Part shown: in pieces, positions 16,406-23,747 of the stretch
Layout of the letters: the number at the start of each line of letters is the position of its first letter
Numbering within the stretch: the first letter of the stretch is position 1
NCBI GenBank assembly: GCA_000998025.1
Contig: LCJG01000001.1
Coordinates: forward strand, 1-48,344
Length of the DNA: 48,344 nt
Source: Candidatus Collierbacteria bacterium GW2011_GWB1_44_6
Lineage (GTDB): Bacteria > Patescibacteriota > Microgenomatia > UBA1400 > MFAQ01
Reading direction: 5' to 3'
Notes under the pieces: generated by a model
Told to the model about the DNA's origin: nothing
Seen by the model: the letters and a program-made list of their open reading frames with translations, nothing else
Database searches by the model: none
Made by a program: the position numbers and the translations under genes

Positions 16406-19351
16406 ATGGCCAACGTAAAATATCAAATCAAAGACGTCGAAGCAGCCCCTGATTTTCCGGCGCTGGAAAAGAGACTCCTTGATCACTGGTACCAAGACGG
16501 CATCGTCGAAAAATACCTTCACAAGAACGACAATTCACACAAAAAGTTCTACTTTCAAGATGGTCCGATCACGGCTAATAACCCCATGGGAGTTCATCAT
16601 GCTTGGGGTAGAACTTATAAAGATCTCTGGCAGCGTTACAAAAATATGCGGGGTTACAAGCAGAGATTCCAGAACGGTTTTGATTGTCAGGGTTTATGGG
16701 TAGAGGTAGAGGTAGAAAAAGAGTTAGGCTTCAAACTAAAAAAAGACATTGAAACGTACGGTGTGGCTAACTTTATCCAACACTGTAAGGAACGGGTAGT
16801 CAAATACTCTGATATTCAAACTGGCCAAAGTAAGAGACTCGGATATTTCATGGACTGGGAAAATTCCTATTTCACCATGTCGGACGAAAACAATTACATG
16901 ATCTGGCATTTTCTCAAAGTCTGCTACGAAAAGGGTTGGATCTACAAAGGCCACGACTCAGTACCATGGTGCCCTCGCTGTGAAACAGCCATATCTCAAC
17001 ACGAGATGCTTACCGAGGACTACAAAGAGTTAACTCACAAATCAATATTCTTTGAGCTACCCATTACCGGCAGGGATGATGAGTTTTTGCTTGTATGGAC
17101 TACAACACCATGGACACTTCCGGCCAACATTGCTGTCGCTGTTGACGAAAAACAGGATTATTCCCTAGTCGAAGGTAGTGAGGGTCACAAATTTTGGGTA
17201 CTCAAAGATCTGGTGGAGAATGTTTTTAAAGGAAGTTACCGTAGTATCGTTAAAACTGTCAAAGGTAAAGAGCTTGTGGGGCTTCACTACACCGGTCCAT
17301 TCGACATAATTCCTGCCATCGAAAAAGTCGCTTCAGAAAACCCGGACAAATTCCACACCGTCGTCCCGACCGACTCATTAATCATGCCGATCAGTAATAC
17401 GGAAGGTACTGGATTGGTTCATACTGCCGTTAGTGCCGGAACCGAGGACTTTGCTCTTGGCAGGAAACTCGGCTTACCGATGATCCCGATTATTGCAGAC
17501 AATGCCGATTATCTTCCAGGATTGGACTGGCTCTCCGGACAAAATGCCAAGAAACACCCCGAAGTAATTCTTGATTACCTGATGGAGAGACAAAACAAAG
17601 GAGAAAATTGGGTTTTCAAAATCGAAAACTATACTCACAGATACCCCGCTTGCTGGAGATGTAAGACAGAACTAGTCTGGAAAGTAGCGGATGAGTGGTA
17701 CGTTGCGATGGATAAAATTGATCCAGCTGACAAAAAAGGCAGAACTCTTCGTCAGAAAATGATCGATAGTGCAAACAGGATTTCTTGGAAACCGGAATTT
17801 GGACTCGGACGGGAACTCGACTGGCTTAATAACATGCACGACTGGCTCATCAGCAAGAAGAATCGTTATTGGGGTTTGGCCTTACCAATTTGGGTCTGTG
17901 ACAAGTGTGGTAAATTCGAGGTAATCGGAGGAAAAGAAGAATTAAAAGACAAAGCTTCTTCTGGTTGGGACCAGTTTGAGGGACGTTCTCCTCACAAACC
18001 ATATATCGATGAAGTAAAAATAAAACACACTTGCGGAGGAACCATGTCTCGCATCCCCGATGTTGGGAATCCTTGGCTAGATGCAGGAATCGTACCCTTT
18101 TCAACTTTAGTAGATCCCGAAACAAAACAAGTCAGTTACACTTCAGACAAAAAATATTGGAAAGAATGGTTCCCTGCGGATTTCATCACTGAATCTTTTC
18201 CTGGTCAATTTAAGAATTGGTTTTACTCATTAATAGCTATGAGTACTGTTTTGGAGGACACCAATCCTTTCGAAACGGTTCTTGGTTTTGCCAGTATGTT
18301 GGGAGAAGATGGGCGCGCCATGCACAAATCTTGGGGAAACTCTATCGAGTTCAACGAAGGCGCCGACAAGATCGGAGTGGATGTCATGCGCTGGTCTTTT
18401 GTCCGCCACAACCCAGAAAGGAATCTGCTTTTTGGATACAAAATGACTGCTGACACCAAGCGTCTTTTCCACATGTTGCTTTGGAACTCATATCGTTTTT
18501 TCGCCAGTTATGCCTCGCTCGAAAAGTGGGAACCTAAAGTTGAAATTGATACGGTACCCGGTAAATTAGACTTGTGGGTATTACACCGTCTGGACCAGAC
18601 CGTTATCGAAGTCGAAAAAGGTCTCGATATTTATGACGCTTTTAGCGCCTCTGCGGCCATTGAAGGTTTTGTTTCTGACTTATCTACTTGGTATATACGC
18701 CGTTCCAGAGACCGCATCGGTCCCTCGGCCGAAAATGTAGCAGACAAAGAAGTTTGCTATCGAACTCTCAGGACAGTATTCGATGTTCTCTCGAGAATTT
18801 GCATGCCCTTTATCCCCTTTATGTCGGAGATGATCTATATCAATATTTCGGGTAATGAGTCGGTAAACTTGGCGGACTGGCCAGAAGTAAACACTCCGGA
18901 GGTAATAGACACAAAACTTATCAGCACGATGAGTATATTAAGAAAAATTTGTGAAATGGGTCATTCCGTAAGGAAGAGTAAGGGTATCGCCGTCAAACAG
19001 CCATTGTCGAAAGTCATCATTACTGGTCCGAGGACCGGCATCGAAGATGAAAACGAACTGCTTCAACTTATTAAAGACGAATTAAATGTAGAGGCTATAG
19101 AGTTTGTGATTTCCAAAGAGGTTGAAGTTGACTTGGACACAGAGCTAACACCAGAACTTATGAGCAAAGGGAAGATAAGAGAAACTGTTCGTGCAATTCA
19201 GGAAGCCAGAAAATTGTCCGGCTGCCGTCTGGACGAGGTAGTCTCAGTCATCCTTCCGGAGTGGCCAGCAGAGTACGAAAATATCATCAAACAGAAAACT
19301 TTGGTAAAAGATCTCCAAAAAGGGGAGACGATCAAAATAATTAGATCCTAA
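16406..19351 (+). CDS. ileS: Isoleucine--tRNA ligase (type 2-like, 981 aa)
   Basis: Contains the IleRS-specific WTTTPWTLPAN and DWLISKKNRYWGLALPIW motifs and CxxC pairs (WCPRCE, CWRCK, CDKCG). The class I signature motifs are non-canonical (see findings). Confidence 0.9.
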   Translation: MANVKYQIKDVEAAPDFPALEKRLLDHWYQDGIVEKYLHKNDNSHKKFYFQDGPITANNPMGVHHAWGRTYKDLWQRYKNMRGYKQRFQNGFDCQGLWVEVEVEKELGFKLKKDIETYGVANFIQHCKERVVKYSDIQTGQSKRLGYFMDWENSYFTMSDENNYMIWHFLKVCYEKGWIYKGHDSVPWCPRCETAISQHEMLTEDYKELTHKSIFFELPITGRDDEFLLVWTTTPWTLPANIAVAVDEKQDYSLVEGSEGHKFWVLKDLVENVFKGSYRSIVKTVKGKELVGLHYTGPFDIIPAIEKVASENPDKFHTVVPTDSLIMPISNTEGTGLVHTAVSAGTEDFALGRKLGLPMIPIIADNADYLPGLDWLSGQNAKKHPEVILDYLMERQNKGENWVFKIENYTHRYPACWRCKTELVWKVADEWYVAMDKIDPADKKGRTLRQKMIDSANRISWKPEFGLGRELDWLNNMHDWLISKKNRYWGLALPIWVCDKCGKFEVIGGKEELKDKASSGWDQFEGRSPHKPYIDEVKIKHTCGGTMSRIPDVGNPWLDAGIVPFSTLVDPETKQVSYTSDKKYWKEWFPADFITESFPGQFKNWFYSLIAMSTVLEDTNPFETVLGFASMLGEDGRAMHKSWGNSIEFNEGADKIGVDVMRWSFVRHNPERNLLFGYKMTADTKRLFHMLLWNSYRFFASYASLEKWEPKVEIDTVPGKLDLWVLHRLDQTVIEVEKGLDIYDAFSASAAIEGFVSDLSTWYIRRSRDRIGPSAENVADKEVCYRTLRTVFDVLSRICMPFIPFMSEMIYINISGNESVNLADWPEVNTPEVIDTKLISTMSILRKICEMGHSVRKSKGIAVKQPLSKVIITGPRTGIEDENELLQLIKDELNVEAIEFVISKEVEVDLDTELTPELMSKGKIRETVRAIQEARKLSGCRLDEVVSVILPEWPAEYENIIKQKTLVKDLQKGETIKIIRS

Positions 19352-20407
19352 ATGCGTCAAAGCAAGGGTCTCCTGATAGCTGCTCTGATATTAATTCAGG
19401 TTCTTAGTTTGGTTACAATTTGGAGCACCTTTCCTGAGCTATTCTTAACTCAGCTTTCGTTTGTCGTCGCCGGTATCATCATCGTCCTTTTACTTTCGAA
19501 GATCGATTTACAGATGCTGTTTAGTCTCTCTACCTTGTTCTACTTACTAAGCCTGATTCTATTAATTGTTACGATGTTCCTTGGCCGGAATATCCGCGGC
19601 TCAGTTCGGTGGATTGACCTTGGTTTCTTTAATCTTCAGACGTCAGAAATTGTTAAACCTCTCCTGGCACTATATTATTCGGCCTATCTTTCGAGGATAA
19701 AAAAGATTAACTGGAAAGAGATCTTGATATTTCTCGGATTCGCCCTACCCCCCATCGTCTTGGTTGCGGTTCAGCCCGATCTTGGTTCTGCCCTCACCCT
19801 AACTTTCTTACCTTTGGCACTACTGGCTTTTTCGGGACAAATAAAGAAACTCCTCCTAATTGGAGTCGTTTTTATTAGTATATTCGTTCCTTTAGAGTCA
19901 AAGATATTGAAACCATATCAGCGGCAAAGAATTGAGACGTTCATTAACCCCTATGGAGATCCCAAAGGTGCCGGATACAACGTGATACAGGCAACCATCG
20001 CAGTCGGTTCTGGAAAAGTCCTAGGGAAAGGAGTTAGACTGGGTACCCAATCACACTTAAATTTTTTACCCGAAAGGCATACTGATTTTATTTTTGCTTC
20101 ATTCGTAGAAGAGTTTGGCCTGATTGGAGCTTTGGTTTTGTTTTTCTCCTATGGCGTCGTTTTTCGATATTGTCTAGTAAGCTTTAAGCGTCTCAGAGAC
20201 CGTTCTTCGATATTACTCTCCTTGTCAATATTTCTCGTATTCCTCTTTCAGTTCGCCGTCAATATTGGAATGAACCTTGGAATTATGCCGGTCACTGGGA
20301 TCACCTTGCCCCTATTTTCTTATGGGGGAAGCTCGCTTCTCAGCTTTGCGATTTTTATAGGACTGCTCCTCCGTCAGCTTGATTTAATGGCTCTCTTTGA
20401 GATATAA
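19352..20407 (+). CDS. rodA: SEDS-family protein RodA/FtsW paralogue
   Basis: The ATG immediately follows the ileS TAA. Motifs present: VQPDLGSA, LPERHTDFIFASFVEEFGLIGA, TLPLFSYGGSS. Confidence 0.8.
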   Translation: MRQSKGLLIAALILIQVLSLVTIWSTFPELFLTQLSFVVAGIIIVLLLSKIDLQMLFSLSTLFYLLSLILLIVTMFLGRNIRGSVRWIDLGFFNLQTSEIVKPLLALYYSAYLSRIKKINWKEILIFLGFALPPIVLVAVQPDLGSALTLTFLPLALLAFSGQIKKLLLIGVVFISIFVPLESKILKPYQRQRIETFINPYGDPKGAGYNVIQATIAVGSGKVLGKGVRLGTQSHLNFLPERHTDFIFASFVEEFGLIGALVLFFSYGVVFRYCLVSFKRLRDRSSILLSLSIFLVFLFQFAVNIGMNLGIMPVTGITLPLFSYGGSSLLSFAIFIGLLLRQLDLMALFEI

Positions 20408-20415
20408 TTGCGCCC

Positions 20416-20742
20416 ATGGCAGACAAAAATATCTACGCGGTCATTCAACTTGGCTCAAAACAATATCTTATTAAAGAAGGCGACAAGGTCGTGGCTGAAA
20501 AAATTGATCTAAAAGACGGGGAAACTTTAACTGTCAAAGAAGTGCTTCTTGGGTACGACGGTACTAAGACCACCATAGGTCAACCTTATGTCGAAAACGC
20601 TACCGTGGAACTCATAAACGAAGGCGTCAAGAGAGGGGAAAAAATTCTCGTTGCCAAGTTTAAGGCCAAATCCCGTTATCGCAGAGTCATGGGACACCGT
20701 CAATTAGGCAGCCATTTTACTGTCAAAGCTATAAAACTCTAA
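20416..20742 (+). CDS. rplU: 50S ribosomal protein L21
   Basis: MADKNIYAVIQLGSKQYLIKEGD... and FKAKSRYRRVMGHRQ are typical of bL21. Confidence 0.9.
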   Translation: MADKNIYAVIQLGSKQYLIKEGDKVVAEKIDLKDGETLTVKEVLLGYDGTKTTIGQPYVENATVELINEGVKRGEKILVAKFKAKSRYRRVMGHRQLGSHFTVKAIKL

Positions 20743-20746
20743 TATT

Positions 20747-21799
20747 ATGCGCTTTTTACTCTTCGTTGGAGCCAGCAACACACTGGCGGAATTTGAGGTG
20801 GGCGCCCAAATCAAAGACGCTCGACTTATTCAGGATAACATTTACATTTTTGAGTCTGATTCTGAAGTCGATGCGCAAAACACCGTTTCAAGGCTCGGCT
20901 GCAGCATAAAACTAGCCAAAGAGCTCCCCGGTGTCGCTGCTCAAAATGAATCGATTGCCGATCTCATCACGCATAAAAATTTCTCAATCACATCAATAAA
21001 TGACTTTTCGATATCGCCAAAAATAAATCAAGATGTCAAAAACCTCCTGGAAAGAGGTAGGTTTATAGTTCCCAAAGATCAATTTGGGCTTTCTCCAATC
21101 CTACTTAGAAAGCACAAAATAGATGAATTCTTCCTGGATTCCCAAAAAGACGAAGTTTGGCAAACTATTTGGGTTCACGATTTTGAGCATTGGATAAAAA
21201 AGGATCGGCACATGCCCTTCGCCAATGCCAAAGCCGGAATCCTGCCACCCAAGATAGCTAGAAGCATGGTAAACCTCGTCCCTCTAGACCCTGCAGGAAA
21301 GCTGTTGGTTGACCCCTTCTGCGGCTCAGGTCGCGTCTTGGTTGAGGCTGCCGAGCTGGGCTATCTCGTTGGCGGCGCTGACATTTCTGCGCAGCAGGTT
21401 CGGGAAACTCAGGCAAACCTCTCCTCTTTGGGTTTTGAGGTCCAATCGGACGTCCTTGACGCTACCCATCTCTCAGAAAAGTTCCATGAAGTCGATGTTA
21501 TAGTCACAGAGCCATTTTTGGGTAAACCCAATCTCCGCCCGGATCAAATTAAATACCTTATACCTGGCCTTCAAAAACTTTATCTAGGTTGTCTAAAGGA
21601 TTGGCTCAAGGTCTTGAAGGCTCATGGTTACGTAATCATGGTTTTTCCCTGGTTCGAAGTTGGTAAACAAGTCTATAAGACAAGTAGTGTCATTGACGGG
21701 AAGCTGGAATTGAGTTACAATTTCCACAAACGCGGGATCCTCTATTCACGCCCCGGTGCGGACGTAAAACGCGAAATCGTTATCTTACAAAAAAAATAA
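20747..21799 (+). CDS. Class I SAM-dependent (probable RNA) methyltransferase, Trm11/RlmL-like motif order
   Basis: Motif I is LVDPFCGSGRVLVEAA. An acidic loop GGADIS and a motif IV-like VTEPFLGKP are present. The N-terminal domain of about 150 aa is unassigned. Sits between rplU and rpmA. Confidence 0.65.
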   Translation: MRFLLFVGASNTLAEFEVGAQIKDARLIQDNIYIFESDSEVDAQNTVSRLGCSIKLAKELPGVAAQNESIADLITHKNFSITSINDFSISPKINQDVKNLLERGRFIVPKDQFGLSPILLRKHKIDEFFLDSQKDEVWQTIWVHDFEHWIKKDRHMPFANAKAGILPPKIARSMVNLVPLDPAGKLLVDPFCGSGRVLVEAAELGYLVGGADISAQQVRETQANLSSLGFEVQSDVLDATHLSEKFHEVDVIVTEPFLGKPNLRPDQIKYLIPGLQKLYLGCLKDWLKVLKAHGYVIMVFPWFEVGKQVYKTSSVIDGKLELSYNFHKRGILYSRPGADVKREIVILQKK

Positions 21800-21805
21800 A
21801 AATAT

Positions 21806-22057
21806 ATGGCACACGTTAAATCTGGTGGAGCTACCAGGCAACACGCTCAGAGAGCAGGTAAAAGACTTGGGGTCAAAATTTATGGTGGTCAGGCCATAAA
21901 GACAGGCCAAATTGTCGTCAGGCAACGCGGTGCTCAATTTCATGCCGGCGTAAATACCGAGCTTGGTCGCGACTTCACCCTTTTTGCCCTAGCAGAAGGA
22001 GTCGTCAAATTCAGAAAACTAAATGGAGTAAATTACGTTGACGTAATTTCACAATAA
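21806..22057 (+). CDS. rpmA: 50S ribosomal protein L27
   Basis: [24 protein letters not shown]... is typical of bL27. It starts at the mature-type N-terminus, with no Prp-cleaved extension. Confidence 0.9.
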   Translation: MAHVKSGGATRQHAQRAGKRLGVKIYGGQAIKTGQIVVRQRGAQFHAGVNTELGRDFTLFALAEGVVKFRKLNGVNYVDVISQ

Positions 22058-23035
22058 ATGGACGACAAACCGATTGCAGTTCTTCCAATAGATTACTTAC
22101 AACCCAATCCTCTTCAGCCCAGAGGGGTCATCACCCCCGAATCTCTCTCCGAGTTAGTTGATTCCATCAAGACCCACGGTATTATTCAACCACTCGTTGT
22201 AGCTCACACTCCTGCCGGCTACCAAATAATTGCCGGTGAGCGCCGCTGGCGTGCCAGCAAACTCTGCGGACTCAAAGAGGTCCCTGTCCGCATCATAGAG
22301 ACATCACCCCAAGGTATGCTCGAAATGGCGATAGTTGAGAACGTTCAAAGAACGGACCTCAACCCAATTGACCGGGCAAACTCATTTGAACGCTTAATTA
22401 AGGAATTCAATCTTGGAAACTCAGACATTAGCCAAAGAATCGGTAAAAGTCCGGCCTTTGTCAGCAATACCCTAAGGTTGCTGGAGCTTCCAGATGCCCT
22501 GAAGGATGGTCTAATCTCTGGTGTCATCTCTGAAGGCCACGCCAGGGCCCTAGCTGCCATCCCAGACACTCAATCCATGATTGAGGCGTATAAGATCATT
22601 CTCCGTGAGGGTGGGTCTGTGAGGCGCGCAGAAGAGCTTTCCCGCAGATTCAAAAAGACCATGAACCGTACCAAACCAGGTGACGGTTACAACACTAAAA
22701 CAGTCAACGAGTTTATCGATAAAATGGCTGAAGAAATTCAAGGCTCCATTGGCGAGAATGCTCACGTCAAGATGCGTCGTTCTAGATTGGAAACCGCCAT
22801 CCACATCGTCCTCAAGGGAAATCCCGAAGAAACAGAAAAACAAATTCAAAAAATTCACGACTCACTCGTCATCCCGGGCGCAACTCCTATCATTGCTAAG
22901 AGCGATAGCGACGAAGCAATCTCCGACACTCAAGAGTCCGTCGAAAACACCTACTCAAATCCCTTCGAACCCTTTTCTGACGCCTTCGCCCCGGTCACTG
23001 CCGACCCAGCCACAGAAACCCCCCGCGAATACTAG
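22058..23035 (+). CDS. parB: ParB/Spo0J-family partition protein
   Basis: Contains LQPNPLQPRG and the ParB box IIAGERRWRASKL, plus an HTH region (SQRIGKSPAFVSNTLRLLEL). The C-terminal tail is acidic and Pro-rich. TAAATG junction with rpmA. Confidence 0.85.
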   Translation: MDDKPIAVLPIDYLQPNPLQPRGVITPESLSELVDSIKTHGIIQPLVVAHTPAGYQIIAGERRWRASKLCGLKEVPVRIIETSPQGMLEMAIVENVQRTDLNPIDRANSFERLIKEFNLGNSDISQRIGKSPAFVSNTLRLLELPDALKDGLISGVISEGHARALAAIPDTQSMIEAYKIILREGGSVRRAEELSRRFKKTMNRTKPGDGYNTKTVNEFIDKMAEEIQGSIGENAHVKMRRSRLETAIHIVLKGNPEETEKQIQKIHDSLVIPGATPIIAKSDSDEAISDTQESVENTYSNPFEPFSDAFAPVTADPATETPREY

Positions 23036-23052
23036 GAAAAACCTAAACTTTC

Positions 23053-23619
23053 TTACTCAGTTGCCTTTACCGGCTCCATCACGAGTCCAGCAGTGTCGGG
23101 CGGCCAGTACCTGAAAAATACTCTTCCTACAATGTTTCTGAATGGGACTGGACCCCAATCTCGGCTATCGGACGAATGATCCCTATTGTCTCCAAAAGTA
23201 AAAACCTCTCCATCCTGTATGGTATATGTTTCGCCTTCGTGTAAAAATTGCCCGGGTGCTGTTGTATATTCAGTTGGAAGATAAAATTCATCCAGCCTTT
23301 GACCGTCAATGTAGACAAACCCATCATTAACGCTTATGGTTTGTCCCGGTGTGGCTATCACGCGTTTAATAAAATCGTAATTTTCGTTGATGGGAGCCTT
23401 AAAAACAACGACATCTCCGTATTTTGGCGCCCTTAGTTTGTAAGTGACCTTGTCTGTCAGGAGATATTCTTTATCCTTAAAGGTAGGAAACATCGAACTC
23501 CCTTTGACCTGATGTGGCTGCATAAGAAACAAATAAACTACCACGAATACAGACGCTGATATAACAAAAGCCTCGACAAACTCGTAAACAACATGAACCA
23601 ACTTTCGAAAGAAAGACAT
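23053..23619 (-). CDS. lepB: Signal peptidase I
   Basis: N-terminal TM helix. Catalytic Ser box GSSMFPTF, Lys box IKRVIATPGQ, and box E GDNRDHSSDSRDWGPV. Confidence 0.85.
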   Translation of the reverse strand: MSFFRKLVHVVYEFVEAFVISASVFVVVYLFLMQPHQVKGSSMFPTFKDKEYLLTDKVTYKLRAPKYGDVVVFKAPINENYDFIKRVIATPGQTISVNDGFVYIDGQRLDEFYLPTEYTTAPGQFLHEGETYTIQDGEVFTFGDNRDHSSDSRDWGPVPFRNIVGRVFFRYWPPDTAGLVMEPVKATE

Positions 23620-23625
23620 CTCTTC

Positions 23626-23654
23626 AGTTTAGCTTGGCTGATATAATTATTCAA
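23626..23654 (-). promoter_or_regulatory. Promoter predicting a leaderless lepB mRNA
   Basis: The minus strand reads TTGAAT, a 17-nt spacer, TAAACT, then GAAGAG followed by ATG. The predicted start therefore coincides with the A of the start codon at 23619. Confidence 0.4.
23639..23647 (+). promoter_or_regulatory. Extended -10 element (TGATATAAT) upstream of tRNA-Val
   Basis: TGnTATAAT lies 19 nt before the first tRNA nucleotide. Confidence 0.45.
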
Positions 23655-23666
23655 GCCGACAATCAT

Positions 23667-23740
23667 GGACTCTTAGCTCAGTTGGTTAGAGCGCTGCATT
23701 CACATTGCAGAGGTCGCAGGTTCGATTCCTGCAGGGTCCA
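23667..23740 (+). tRNA. tRNA-Val (anticodon CAC)
   Basis: Hand-folded cloverleaf. Acceptor GGACTCT/AGGGTCC (one G-T pair), D arm GCTC-AGTTGGTTA-GAGC, anticodon arm CTGCA-TTCACAT-TGCAG, variable AGGTC, T arm GCAGG-TTCGATT-CCTGC, discriminator A. No encoded CCA. Confidence 0.85.
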
Positions 23741-23747
23741 CACCACA

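Noticed and set aside
22058-23052. A parS site near parB.
   Set aside because: There is no close match to TGTTTCACGTGAAACA in or around parB or elsewhere in the window. The few CACGT-containing sites lack the flanking symmetry.
22680-23114. A 144-aa alternative-frame ORF over the parB 3' region.
   Set aside because: It is a Pro/Ser/Thr/Lys low-complexity product that overlaps both parB and the lepB 3' end, with no start signals.
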